Below are positions 1 through 9,958 of a stretch of 64,000 nucleotides of DNA, one piece after another. Under the pieces are notes generated by a model that worked only from the letters and a program-made list of their open reading frames with translations, searched no databases and was not told the DNA's origin. The stretch covers positions 1 through 64,000 of the forward strand of contig CAWGIE010000007.1 in NCBI GenBank assembly GCA_963822585.1. Direction: 5' to 3'. The stretch comes from an uncultured bacterium. GTDB lineage: Bacteria; Auribacterota; Erginobacteria; Erginobacterales; Erginobacteraceae. Numbering within the stretch: position 1 is the stretch's first letter; each line of letters starts with the position of its first letter. Made by a program: the position numbers and the translations under genes.

Positions 1-43
1 GTTTAACCCCTTCGGGGTTTATCCTCTTCTGGGTGGCACGAAT

Positions 44-376
44 TTATTGTGATAGCTTCGCACTCGCCAGACGATTCAGGCTGACACCTGCCTCGGATGC
101 TTCCACCGCAAGACGTCGGTGAATTCCAGGAGGAACCCGCACCATGAATTTCCCGCTGAAATGATGTTCAGCGAGTGGCTCGGGGAGCTCTTCACCGGTC
201 TTCTTCATATCTACAACCACATCTGCAACAACGGAACGTATTCCTCGAAGCGCCGCTTCAGGAGAAGCTGATAGCCAGCTCAGACTGGGGAATTCCGCGC
301 AAAGCCCGACGTATTCCTTATCCTCATCCGACCAGGTTACACGATACGTATAGTGGTCATTACGTATTGGCTTCAT
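44..376 (-). CDS. hicB: HicB-family antitoxin
   Basis: YTYRVTWSDEDKEYVGLCAEFP N-terminal fold plus C-terminal FSGKFMVRVPPGIHRRL...SLN RHH motif; overlaps the upstream hicA-like gene. Confidence 0.85.
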   Translation of the reverse strand: MKPIRNDHYTYRVTWSDEDKEYVGLCAEFPSLSWLSASPEAALRGIRSVVADVVVDMKKTGEELPEPLAEHHFSGKFMVRVPPGIHRRLAVEASEAGVSLNRLASAKLSQ

Positions 377-617
377 ATTCCATCCTTTCGATTGCTTTTA
401 AGATTTGCCTCACCTGATATGCCTTTGCTTTACCTTTCGCATTCTGGATATTCACCCTTGGATCGCCTTTCCAGGGGGTCTTGTATATATGATGGCTCGA
501 TCCTTTCTGCCGGGGTTCACCGAAATAATATGTACATACGAGGCATAGATCCGCAAAGCGGATCCTTAATGGGTTCCGCCGCATTTCTGCAACAATCTTT
601 TCAATATTCGACGTCAT
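360..617 (-). CDS. hicA: HicA-family toxin
   Basis: 85 aa with IRFADL, GSSHHIYK and KAKAYQVRQ motifs, immediately upstream of hicB. Confidence 0.8.
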   Translation of the reverse strand: MTSNIEKIVAEMRRNPLRIRFADLCLVCTYYFGEPRQKGSSHHIYKTPWKGDPRVNIQNAKGKAKAYQVRQILKAIERMEYEANT

Positions 618-844
618 TATATGATATCACTATTGATACTACTGTCAAGGCATGTTCTGCATTTATTTTAGACTATACGATACGGACAGAGACAACCATT
701 TGATCGATGCCCCGAAGGGGCATACTATTTTAGCCCGGGGTGCCTGCCCGGCTTTAGAAGGGTAAACCCAGGGACAAAAATGCGATTAATCACCCTTATT
801 TCGGGGGCGTTGCCCCGGGATATTTATTTAACAATTGAACAATT

Positions 845-869
845 GCGCACCTTAAAAGGTGCGACTACC
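845..869. repeat. GTAG-type REP half (GCGCACCTTAAAAGGTGCGACTACC)
   Basis: Hairpin ending in CTAC; related copies at 9838-9922, 20571-20594, 34674-34698 and 36525-36532/37625-37662. Confidence 0.7.
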
Positions 870-921
870 ACGGCAAACCCACAAAATAGGTTTATCGGGC
901 ATTCTCCGTTGGGGCGATTTA

Positions 922-2124
922 CTACGTTGTCTCCGGCCTCACCTTCATCCCGTCGGACAGGGTGGTGGCGGGGGCGATGATTACGGTGTCGCCGGCGGAG
1001 AGGCCGTCGGTCACTTCGGCCTGCTGGTCGTTGGTCACGCCGAGTGTCAGCTTCACCAACCGGACTTTGCCCTCCTTGACCGCGAAGGCCTGCCACTCCC
1101 CTTCGGGACCCCGGAAAAGCGCCGTGCGGGGGATGATGACGGCGTTCTTCTTCTCATCGGTGTAGATCCGGACCCGGACCCGGTACTCGACGCCGAAGTT
1201 ACGGCCCGCGTCGCGCAGTTTTTTCAGGTCGTCCGGGGCGATGACGATCTTGACGTTCACCCGCTGCTCCTCGACGCCGAGCGAAGAGACCTTGGTAAAC
1301 CCTTCCGGAAAGATCCGCTTCACGGTCCCCTTGATCGGGGTCCCCCCGATCGCCGGGCCGAAGATCTCGACCGGGTCGCCCGGGGAGATCGCCCCCGCCT
1401 CCTCGGTCAGTATCTCGGCCGTGACCTCCAGGGCGGTGGGATCGCCGATATCGAGGAGGGACTGCCCGGCGCCGAGAACGACCTCGTTCTCGACGTACCG
1501 CTTCAGCACCACCCCGTCGATCGGGCTGGTCAAGGCTGAGCGGTCAAGGTCGCGCCTGGTGTAGATCGGCAACAGTTTGACGGCGGCATTGAGCGCGCTC
1601 ATGGCGTAATAGGTGAGCTGATCTTCCAGGGAGACCGCCTGAGCCTCGACGAAGTCCTTCACCGACGCCTTGACCGCCAGCTCGCTGACCAGTTGATCGG
1701 GGTAAAGTTTTTTGATCGCCTCCGATACCCACTTGGTATACTCCTCCACCGCCCGGCTGGCGGTGACCTGCGTCAGGGCGGACTGGACCGACTTATCGAA
1801 AGCGTCAACGACGTCATTGTACTGGGAAAGGGCGCTTTCCAGGTTGTCGGTATCGAGCCGGGCGAGCTCATCGCCCTTTTTGACCATGGTCCCCGCCTCG
1901 ACGGTGATCGGTTCCACCCTGCCGGCGTAGGGCATGGTAATCCGGTAAACGCGGGGGAGCGTGGTCCGGGCCCGTTCCTCGACGTAGGCCTTGATGGTGC
2001 CCTCCTGTACCGTCGCCGTCTGGACGTCGACCGGCGGACTCAGCACCCCCGCCGCCGCGCCCACGATAATGACAACCACTGCCGCCCCGATAATCAGCCA
2101 GGTGAGCTGTCGTTTTTTTTTCAT
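922..2124 (-). CDS. Efflux periplasmic adaptor (HlyD/MacA-like)
   Basis: N-terminal TM segment, lipoyl-like halves (ITMPYAGRV, LTSPIDGVV), FTKVSSLGVEEQRV motif; AAGGAG RBS. Confidence 0.88.
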   Translation of the reverse strand: MKKKRQLTWLIIGAAVVVIIVGAAAGVLSPPVDVQTATVQEGTIKAYVEERARTTLPRVYRITMPYAGRVEPITVEAGTMVKKGDELARLDTDNLESALSQYNDVVDAFDKSVQSALTQVTASRAVEEYTKWVSEAIKKLYPDQLVSELAVKASVKDFVEAQAVSLEDQLTYYAMSALNAAVKLLPIYTRRDLDRSALTSPIDGVVLKRYVENEVVLGAGQSLLDIGDPTALEVTAEILTEEAGAISPGDPVEIFGPAIGGTPIKGTVKRIFPEGFTKVSSLGVEEQRVNVKIVIAPDDLKKLRDAGRNFGVEYRVRVRIYTDEKKNAVIIPRTALFRGPEGEWQAFAVKEGKVRLVKLTLGVTNDQQAEVTDGLSAGDTVIIAPATTLSDGMKVRPETT

Positions 2125-2174
2125 AATACCGACTCCTTTATCCAGATGTTTGTATAATCATCTATCTAATCAGA

Positions 2175-2255
2175 ATGGAGTATTGGAGTGGTGGAGTACT
2201 GGAGTGATGGAGCAGGCCAATCCAACACTCCATCATTCCCTTACTCCATTACTCC
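2175..2255. repeat. Inverted pair of TGGAGTRN octamer arrays; other copies at about 15522-15610, 18527-18630, 25410-25484, 29466-29545, 30738-30820, 33203-33270, 42780-42852
   Basis: TGGAGTAT/TGGAGTGG/TGGAGTAC arm followed by an ACTCCATC/ACTCCATT arm. Confidence 0.8.
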
Positions 2256-2297
2256 GGCTGGACCGATCGGCTGCAGCCGATCGGTCCAGTCTCTTTT

Positions 2298-4676
2298 TCA
2301 CTCTTTCATGGCTAACGCTTCTTCCCAGTGGAGGCGGTTGATCGCCCGCTGGACGAAGACGTGGGAGACGAGGACGAAGATCAACGCGAGCACGATCGTC
2401 CCCACCCAGCTCGGGCCCCGGATATAGACCGGCATGGTGAAGGCATCGTTGGTGTACTGGGTGGCCAGCCCCTGAAGCATCCAGTAACCGAAGGGGAGAC
2501 CGATGACCGTGCCCACCAGGTTGACCAGCATGTTCTCCCGGATAAACATCCCCCCGATCTCCCGAGATTGGTAACCCAGCACGCGAAAGGTGGCGATCTC
2601 GCGCCGCCGCTCGGAGATCGCGATCAGGGAGCCGTTCAGGATGGAGCCGAAGAAGATCACCCCGGCGAAGAGGATCATCACCATCGCCATCCCCTGCATC
2701 GCTCCCGTCATCTGCACCTTGATCGCGGCCTTGGACTGGGCGATCACGGTCAGGGATTCCAGTTTCGGCGATTCTTTCAGACGCCGGAAGAAGGCAACCG
2801 TCTCCTCCGGCGTCTGCTTCGCCTTCAACTGGAGTTCGTTGACGGCCTCCGCCTCCCCGACCAGGCGGTTGAGATAGGAATAGTCGGCATAGACGCTCAA
2901 TCCCAGCATGCTCTTGATGATGGCACTCACCTGCAGCTTATGAGGGTACTTCACCCCCCGCACGGGGATGAAGGTGACCGTCTCCCCCTCGGCGACACCG
3001 AGCTGGCGGGCCAGCCGGTCGGTCATCAGGAGCCCGGCCGGGGGCACCCGGACCGCGGTCCCGTCGGCATTGCGGGGAACGTTCAGGGTCGATCCCGGTA
3101 TCAGGCCGGTGATCGCGCCCTTTTTATGCCGGTTGGCCCGGGAGAAGGTGCCGGCCACGTTGAAGACCGGCTCCGCCAGCGTGACCCCGGGGAGATCCCT
3201 GGCCTCCTTGACCGCCCCCGAATCGGTCGCGTCGCGCAGGTTCAGGGTGTAATCGCCCAGGAGCACCTTGTCGAACTCGAAATCCACCATGTAGGACATC
3301 GAATCGTTCATCCCGAGGGCGAGCAGGACCATGGCGGAACCCAGCAGGGCCGCCACCAGGGCGATCAGGGTCCGGGCCCGGTTCCGGAAGAGGCTGCGGA
3401 GAACGATCTGCCACCAGAAGTCCAGCCGGCTCCAGAACGTCTTCCAGCGCTCCAGCAGGATGGCCCCTCCCGCCGCCGGCATCGCCTCGTGCATCGCCTC
3501 GGCCGGGTCGAGGTCGACGATCCGCTTTACCCCGCGGAGGGTACCCAGAACGGCAAAGAGCACCGATATCAGTACCGCCAGCAACATAATCGAGGGATAG
3601 GCATGGTTGACCAGGTGAGGGAATTCGAAAAAGCCCTGGTACATGCCGACCATGGCCCGGGAGAGCCAATCCCCTACGGCGCAGCCGCCCAGGCCGCCGA
3701 CCAGGCCCACGACGAGGCCGAACTTGATATAGTGGGAGAAGAGCTGCCCGTTCTCGTAGCCGAGGGCCTTCAGGGTGCCGACGATCACCCGCTGCTGCTC
3801 GGCCATCCGGGTCATCAGGACATTGAGGACCAGGGCGGCCACGCCGAGAAAGATCAGGGGCAGGGAGGTGGCCAGGGTTTTCAAACCTCCCATCTCCGAG
3901 TGGAGGGTCAGGTTGGAGAACTGCTGGCGGCGCGGGGTGGTGCTGAAGACCCCGTAGGGATCGAGAATCCGGTCCGCCTCTTCCAGGATCAGATCGCTCA
4001 TCCCGCTGCCTTCCCGGGTAAAGAGCCCCACCACGTCGTTGCAGGCCCCCTGGAAGCCGTAGGTGTCCTCGGCGAAGGTCCGCTTGATGTAGAAGATCCC
4101 GTAATCTCCCGGAGCCGAGAAGAGGCTCCCCGGCGGGGCGATATAGACGTGTTCCGCGCTGATGGCCGTCCCCACCACGAACATTTTCTCCCGGCGTCCG
4201 TTCATCGTCAGATGGATATAGTCCCCGGGCTGTAATTTACGGGCGGCGGCGAACTGCTCCGATACGATTACCTCGTTTCGTCTGTCCGCGGTAAAGTAGG
4301 AACCGGACCGGACCACAATATTGTTGATGACATCCCCGGGGGTATCGGGCATCGAGACCGAGAGCCCGCTGATCGGGCGGTCCACCCCCTCCAGGTCGAC
4401 GATCACCGGGAAGGAGATCCGCTCCCGGATCCCGGCCACGCCGGGGATCTTCTCCAGGTCCTCGATCGCGCCGGTCGGCGCCTTCTTCAGACTGATCCAG
4501 AAGTCGGCCATCCGGGAACGGGCGTAGTAATCCCGCATCGCCGTCTCCAGGTTGTTGAAGGTGGAGAGCATGCCGACCAGACAGCCGGTGCCGACGGCGA
4601 TGATGGCGGCCACGGCCAGGAGCATCCCCTTCGACTGCGTGAGGTCGCGGAGCAGCTTCCGGTCGAGGACCTTCAC
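2298..4676 (-). CDS. ABC transporter permease (duplicated FtsX/MacB-like)
   Basis: Two FtsX-type repeats (EQQRVIVGTLKALGY; ERRREIATFRVLGY). Confidence 0.9.
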   Translation of the reverse strand: MKVLDRKLLRDLTQSKGMLLAVAAIIAVGTGCLVGMLSTFNNLETAMRDYYARSRMADFWISLKKAPTGAIEDLEKIPGVAGIRERISFPVIVDLEGVDRPISGLSVSMPDTPGDVINNIVVRSGSYFTADRRNEVIVSEQFAAARKLQPGDYIHLTMNGRREKMFVVGTAISAEHVYIAPPGSLFSAPGDYGIFYIKRTFAEDTYGFQGACNDVVGLFTREGSGMSDLILEEADRILDPYGVFSTTPRRQQFSNLTLHSEMGGLKTLATSLPLIFLGVAALVLNVLMTRMAEQQRVIVGTLKALGYENGQLFSHYIKFGLVVGLVGGLGGCAVGDWLSRAMVGMYQGFFEFPHLVNHAYPSIMLLAVLISVLFAVLGTLRGVKRIVDLDPAEAMHEAMPAAGGAILLERWKTFWSRLDFWWQIVLRSLFRNRARTLIALVAALLGSAMVLLALGMNDSMSYMVDFEFDKVLLGDYTLNLRDATDSGAVKEARDLPGVTLAEPVFNVAGTFSRANRHKKGAITGLIPGSTLNVPRNADGTAVRVPPAGLLMTDRLARQLGVAEGETVTFIPVRGVKYPHKLQVSAIIKSMLGLSVYADYSYLNRLVGEAEAVNELQLKAKQTPEETVAFFRRLKESPKLESLTVIAQSKAAIKVQMTGAMQGMAMVMILFAGVIFFGSILNGSLIAISERRREIATFRVLGYQSREIGGMFIRENMLVNLVGTVIGLPFGYWMLQGLATQYTNDAFTMPVYIRGPSWVGTIVLALIFVLVSHVFVQRAINRLHWEEALAMKE

Positions 4677-5398
4677 CAGGGGATCTCCCCGGCCGTGATC
4701 GGGTGCTCGTTCACGTACTCCTTCTCGATGATCCCGTTCCCGATCCGGACGACCCGGTGGGCCATCTTGGCGATGTTGGGATTGTGGGTGATGAGCACGA
4801 TCGTGGTGTCCAGCTTCTCGTTCAGACCGGAGAGGAGATTGAGGACGGTGACGCTGGTCTGCTGGTCGAGGGCGCCGGTCGGCTCGTCGCAGAGCATGAG
4901 GTTGGGCTGCTTGGCCAGGGCCCGGGCGATGGCCACCCGCTGCTGCTGCCCGCCCGACATCTGGGCCGGGAAGTGGGAGACCAGGTCCTTCAACTGGACC
5001 AGGTCAAGGGCCTGGGCCGGGTCCATCGGATTTTTGGCGATCTCGGTTGAGACCTCGACATTCTCCAGTGCGGTCAGTGTGGCCACTAGGTTGTAGAACT
5101 GGAAGACGAAGCCGACATTCCCGCGGCGATAGAGAGTGAGGGCCTGATCGCTCAGCCGGGCGATGTCCTTTCCCTCGAAGATGATCCGCCCGCTGGTTGG
5201 ACGGTCTATCCCCCCGATCATGTTTAGCAGCGTTGATTTGCCGGCGCCGGAGTCGCCGAGGATGGCCGTGAGCTGGCCCCGGTAGATCTCCAGATTGATC
5301 CCCTTCAGAACCGGGACCTTGACCTCGCCCATGATGTAGGTCTTGTGGACGTCAATCAGCTTGATCTCGACCGGGGGGCCGGCGGCGTTCTCGGTCAT
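4673..5398 (-). CDS. ABC transporter ATP-binding protein (LolD/MacB-like)
   Basis: Walker A GDSGAGKS, MSGGQQQRV signature, Walker B LCDEPTGALD. Confidence 0.93.
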   Translation of the reverse strand: MTENAAGPPVEIKLIDVHKTYIMGEVKVPVLKGINLEIYRGQLTAILGDSGAGKSTLLNMIGGIDRPTSGRIIFEGKDIARLSDQALTLYRRGNVGFVFQFYNLVATLTALENVEVSTEIAKNPMDPAQALDLVQLKDLVSHFPAQMSGGQQQRVAIARALAKQPNLMLCDEPTGALDQQTSVTVLNLLSGLNEKLDTTIVLITHNPNIAKMAHRVVRIGNGIIEKEYVNEHPITAGEIPW

Positions 5399-5742
5399 CG
5401 GTCACTCCTGAAACCTTCCGGTTTAACCAGCGGGCGGGTAATATTGCCGGGATTGTATCAAAAAGACGGCGGAGGATAAAAGACCTGTTTGAGAGGCTTT
5501 CCCGGGGAGGATCCCGGGACCAGATATTTTTATTGCATGCAGAAGAATTATATTACATTAAGGAAAACAAACATTAATGACGAAATCCGAATGACGAATG
5601 ACGAAAGAATGACGAAAAACAAATATTATTATCGACAAAGGCTCTAAACTCTTTTTATCGCTCTCTTCCTTTTTCACAAATATGCCCTTGAATTTTACCG
5701 GCCAGTTCCCGATCATGACAGGGCAAACCGGAGATCAAACCG

Positions 5743-5826
5743 ATGAATATCCAGGAGTATTTTAGAACCTTCCCGGCGGAAAAGAGAAAACGGATGAAAA
5801 TGATTCAGGCCCGGATCGGCGATTAA
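5743..5826 (+). pseudogene. Possible 27-aa gene remnant (MNIQEYFRTFPAEKRKRMKMIQARIGD), resembling a DUF1801/YdhG-type N-terminus
   Basis: GGAG upstream of the ATG; resemblance judged by eye only. Confidence 0.25.
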
Positions 5827-5901
5827 CCCGGGAATTTGTTTTTCTTGGTGCCTTAGTGTCTTGGTGGCAAAATTACGAGTGAAACGAGTTGATGTGAGCT
5901 A

Positions 5902-7053
5902 TTGAAGAAGAAACTACTCGCCAATCTTTTTCTCGCGGCCGGGATTCTCGCGGCCGGCATCATCGTTATCCTGGCCGGGTTCGAGATTTATCTCCGCCGG
6001 GCGGAGACCCACATCGTGCGGGAGTTCTCGGCGGGGAAAAATCCCCTCGTCGAGAGCGACGCCGAGTTCCTGGTCAGGTATACCTCCCGGGGAAGACGTC
6101 TGGTGCCGAACTCCCGGGTGATTATCCGGAACCACCGCATCTCCGGCCGGGACGTGACGATGGAGGTAAACTCCCTCGGCTTCCGGGACGGGGAACTTCC
6201 CGCGGTTAAATCCGCCGAGGAGCTGAGAATACTGGTCCTGGGCGATTCCATCACCTGGGCCAGTTATCTCCCGGCCGAAGAGACCTGGGTCGAGCGGGCC
6301 GAGAAGTACCTGGGAGAGGCCCTCCCGGAACGGACGGTCGAGATCGTCAACGCCGGCGTGGGCGACATCGGGCTCACCGAGGAGATCGCGATCCTGCAAG
6401 AGCGCGGCCTCTCCCTCTCCCCCGATGTGGTGGTGGTCTCCTTTTACCTCAACGACAGCCGGCCGCCCTGGGGATTCCCGGGAGAGATCGGGCGGCGGGG
6501 ATGGCTGCGCCGGCACAGCCTGCTCGCGGAAACGATCTACAAGAACCTGAAGCTCCGGCGCTGGATCAGTGAGCACGGGGAAGACCGCCTGATCTGGACG
6601 GAAGCCATGAACCGGGTGAACTGGAAAGGGGATCGCGCGATCTTCCTGGAACTGGCCTCCCTGGCCCAGTATGACTGGGGGGCGGCCTGGCAGACCGCAT
6701 CCTGGAAGGTAATCGACCGGGAACTGGGACGGCTGAAAGAACTTTCCCAAGAACACGGCTTCGCGGTCGCCATCGTCGCTTTTCCGGTGGCGTTCCAGGT
6801 CTACGCGGATTTCGTCGAGGACGCGCCGCAGAAGCTCCTGGGGGAAAAGGCGGCCGACCTCGGTTTCGCCTACCTGGACCTGCTCCCCCTCCTGCGCCAG
6901 TACCGGACGCGGGAGAAGGACGTCTATTTCGATTGGTGCCATCCCACCGCCAAGACCAACGACATGATTGGGAAGACCGTTGCCGCATTTCTCCGGAAAA
7001 TAATAGATCGGCTACCTCCGATTACCGTGATGGATGAAGATACATCAATGTAA
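5902..7053 (+). CDS. Membrane-anchored SGNH/GDSL hydrolase
   Basis: NSLGFRD, ILVLGDSIT, NAGVG, LND and DWCHP blocks after an N-terminal TM segment. Confidence 0.85.
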   Translation: MKKKLLANLFLAAGILAAGIIVILAGFEIYLRRAETHIVREFSAGKNPLVESDAEFLVRYTSRGRRLVPNSRVIIRNHRISGRDVTMEVNSLGFRDGELPAVKSAEELRILVLGDSITWASYLPAEETWVERAEKYLGEALPERTVEIVNAGVGDIGLTEEIAILQERGLSLSPDVVVVSFYLNDSRPPWGFPGEIGRRGWLRRHSLLAETIYKNLKLRRWISEHGEDRLIWTEAMNRVNWKGDRAIFLELASLAQYDWGAAWQTASWKVIDRELGRLKELSQEHGFAVAIVAFPVAFQVYADFVEDAPQKLLGEKAADLGFAYLDLLPLLRQYRTREKDVYFDWCHPTAKTNDMIGKTVAAFLRKIIDRLPPITVMDEDTSM

Positions 7054-7208
7054 ACCACGAAGGACACGAAGAACACGAAGGATGTTAAGATCAATACAAA
7101 CATACAAAGGATGAGGCAACATCAAGACCTTATGTAAAATATATTCCCATTTCCAGTTCCCTCATACATATCTATTCACTTTTAACACACGCCGTTTCCG
7201 TTTAGCTA

Positions 7209-9085
7209 GACCTTACTCGAAAAGCTACTTTCAAGAAACAGCAAACCGAAGAATAATAGCATAATCGGGGGAGAAAAGGCATAGTAAAAATGCCGCAATG
7301 TGCTACAATTAGCCAACTACCGCAAAATAGGAGGCTGAATATGCAAGCACACGCGGCACATCATAATCTACCATCTCCCCACCTCCAGGGCAACCTATTT
7401 TTGCCGGTTCCCGACAGCGATTTCAGCGCTTTTCTGCAACAAAGCGAAGAATTAGTCAGATTTGCCCCTGAAATCCTGGCTGAAATCGATCGGGATTTGG
7501 ATCAACGCGGGATAGGAAAGAAAATAAAGCGTTTTGCAGATAAACGGCATATGGAGGAGTTGACATCCGAATTGTCTGGCATACGGTTGGATGATTACAG
7601 TGTCAACGATTATGAGTACCAGCTTGAAGTAGGCCACCCCCGGATGCCGGCTTACCTGGTGTATATATTTTTGCAGATACGGGGCTATCTGGGTTCGGCA
7701 ACCAACAGGGAGGCGGTAACCTTTATTCTGGAATCAATGTCGCTATATTCTTTCCTGCAGAGTCGAGGTTATAAGATGCCGGCACCAAACACGATCCTGG
7801 AGAACACCAATGCGGTTACGAACCGGACCCGGGAGTTGATCCTGGAAAAGCAGATTGCCTTGATCCGGGAAGAAGGACTGGATGATTTTATAAAGACGAC
7901 TTTCGATTCGACTCAGGTGGAGGCGAACTCCGCCTGGCCCACCGACTCAAGGATCTTGACGGGTTTGGTAACGCGAGCGCACAAGTTGGGCCAGTTGCTG
8001 GAGAATTTTCAACTGCCGAATTTTTCGGTGTGGTGGATGCGGCAATGGCTGAAAAAGATGCGGAGATTGGATCTGGAGATTAATCTGGCGTCAACCAAGT
8101 CCCGAATGAAAAACCGGAGAAAGAAGATACGGCAGTATTATCGTCGTCTGTTCGGTTTTGGCCGCCAGGCAATTGCTTATCTGGACGAGGAGTTGACGAA
8201 GTTGGAGGACACCTACCAGCCGTACGATTTTATCCTTCCCAGCCAGAGGCAGAGGCTGGAAAATTTATTGCAACAAATCCGTGAAGATATCGAGGATGCC
8301 GGGCGAGTGGTCGCCTATGCCGAAGAGCGTGTCTTCGCAGGCAAAGTCGTAAGTTCTCGGGATAAGATATTGAGTTTAGCGGATAAATCGGCGGCTTATA
8401 TCGAGAAGGGCGGCCGGGAAGCAGTGATCGGTTACAAGCCGCAGATTGCCAGGAGCGGGGAGGGATTTATTGTTGGACTGATCGTCAGGGAGGGGAATCC
8501 AGCAGACAAGTCTGAGTTATTGCCTTTGTTTGACGAGGTGGTCGGACGGACGGGGATAGTCCCGGAGGTGGTCAGTGCGGATGACGGTTATGCGTTTGGG
8601 GATGCCCGGGACACTATCCTTGAGCGGGGAGTGAAGGTAATGAGTTTGAGCGGATCGCGGGGGAAGAGAATAATCGGGGATAGAGATTGGGAGAGCGATG
8701 GATACCGGGAAGCCCGACGGATGCGATCGGCAGTTGAATCCCTGATGTTCGTCTTGAAGCACTGTTTTGAATTTGGACGTTTGGGCCGGCGGGGTCTGGA
8801 GGCGGTGCGCGCGGAGTTGCTGGAGAAGGCCATAGCCTACAATACCTGCCGGATTACATATTTGAAGAGGAGGGCAGAACAAGAGATTGTAAGTCAGGCC
8901 GCTTAAACAGCGGCCGCAAATAATTGTCAGAGAGAAAACACGGGAGGAGTGTTTCCGCGCTCAGTCCGGAAGAAGCAAATGGGCGATAAATCAGGCAGCA
9001 GATAGCACAGAAAACGCAAAATTCGGTGCTCTTGCCGGTTGAGGGAGAACAAGGGGGTGTGGCGGGGGGCTTTTCGAGTAAGGTC
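7209..9085 (+). mobile_element. Insertion sequence (ISNCY/IS5-like DDE)
   Basis: 24-bp perfect inverted match 7202-7225 / 9069-9092; read as GACC...GGTC ends with a TAGCTA duplication (boundary ambiguous by 1-2 bp because the target is palindromic). Confidence 0.85.
7341..8906 (+). CDS. DDE transposase
   Basis: FDSTQVEANSAWPTDS, SADDGY and RSAVESLM motifs; AGGAGG before ATG 7341; lies between the TIRs. Confidence 0.88.
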   Translation: MQAHAAHHNLPSPHLQGNLFLPVPDSDFSAFLQQSEELVRFAPEILAEIDRDLDQRGIGKKIKRFADKRHMEELTSELSGIRLDDYSVNDYEYQLEVGHPRMPAYLVYIFLQIRGYLGSATNREAVTFILESMSLYSFLQSRGYKMPAPNTILENTNAVTNRTRELILEKQIALIREEGLDDFIKTTFDSTQVEANSAWPTDSRILTGLVTRAHKLGQLLENFQLPNFSVWWMRQWLKKMRRLDLEINLASTKSRMKNRRKKIRQYYRRLFGFGRQAIAYLDEELTKLEDTYQPYDFILPSQRQRLENLLQQIREDIEDAGRVVAYAEERVFAGKVVSSRDKILSLADKSAAYIEKGGREAVIGYKPQIARSGEGFIVGLIVREGNPADKSELLPLFDEVVGRTGIVPEVVSADDGYAFGDARDTILERGVKVMSLSGSRGKRIIGDRDWESDGYREARRMRSAVESLMFVLKHCFEFGRLGRRGLEAVRAELLEKAIAYNTCRITYLKRRAEQEIVSQAA

Positions 9086-9095
9086 TAGCTAATAA

Positions 9096-9360
9096 GGTTC
9101 TCTTCCATTTTGTAGGGGTAAATTATGTTTATATTATGATATTCGAAGATAAAAATTCTCGGGATACCCGGGGGGCCACCCTCCCCCTAACCCCCTCCCT
9201 TCAAGGGAGGGGGAATCTGTTCGCGGACGGCGCGCCTCCCCGCCTCACCGGTTCCCCTCCCCCCTTGATGGGGGGAGGCTGGGAGGGGGGTGATCACTAA
9301 TCTGTCTGACCACGTATCACTTTTAATTATCCAGTATCCCATACAAAATGGAAGAGAACC
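9096..9360. mobile_element. MITE-like element enclosing CCCCTCCC-type REP hairpins
   Basis: 19-bp perfect TIR GGTTCTCTTCCATTTTGTA (9096-9114 / 9342-9360); internal hairpins at about 9175-9295. Confidence 0.65.
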
Positions 9361-9445
9361 GCTAAAGATAATATGATTATTACTTTTTCCCTTTTTTCTT
9401 CGTGTCCTTCGTGTCCTTCGTGGTAATTTTTCACTTGTTAAGGCT

Positions 9446-9766
9446 ATGGCTTTTTCTATTTATGTTATTGAATTGGACCCGAAGGTCCAGAAGAGCGGCC
9501 GGTTCCGGAAAGCCAACCCCCGGATGAACCCGGCCCTCCCCTGTTTCTATGTCGGTCAGACGGCGAAGAGACCGGAGGCCCGTTTTGAGCAGCATATCGG
9601 GGGAGGTCGTTTATCGAACAGTTTCGTGCGGAGGTACGGACGGCGGCTCTGCCCGGACTTATATCAAAAATATAACCCCATCCCGACCCGGAAAGACGCT
9701 CTCGCCCTGGAAAAATACCTGGCCGGGAAACTGAGGCGGGCCGGACACGGGGTCTGGACAAATTAG
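9446..9766 (+). CDS. Stand-alone GIY-YIG-like nuclease
   Basis: SIYVIEL...FYVGQT...RFEQH...LEKYLA pattern. Confidence 0.7.
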   Translation: MAFSIYVIELDPKVQKSGRFRKANPRMNPALPCFYVGQTAKRPEARFEQHIGGGRLSNSFVRRYGRRLCPDLYQKYNPIPTRKDALALEKYLAGKLRRAGHGVWTN

Positions 9767-9806
9767 CGGCTTCGCCGCTCATTGTCGGCAATCCCTTGCC
9801 TGGAGA

Positions 9807-9943
9807 CTGTCCGATAAAACTGTTTATGGAGTCTTATGGTAGTCGCACCTTTGAAGGCGCGAAATTCATTGGTCATTCAGGGCTTCTATCACTATTAACA
9901 CAGGTTAAAACCTGCGACTACCATAAACAGTTTTATCGGACAG
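9807..9943. mobile_element. MITE-like element enclosing an inverted GTAG-REP pair
   Basis: 23-bp perfect TIR CTGTCCGATAAAACTGTTTATGG (9807-9829 / 9921-9943); GGTAGTCGCA...TGCGACTACC inside. Confidence 0.7.
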
Positions 9944-9958
9944 CCCTTCTTAACCACC

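Noticed and set aside
2328..4235. Long antisense ORFs (also 5914-6942, 21022-22311, 53839-55161, 55734-57104)
   Set aside because: These are shadow frames of well-supported GC-rich genes and have no recognisable motifs.
5577..5650. Four-helix-bundle gene remnant after an AATGACG heptamer arm (MTKNKYYYRQRL*)
   Set aside because: Too short to support homology; only the repeat arm is certain.
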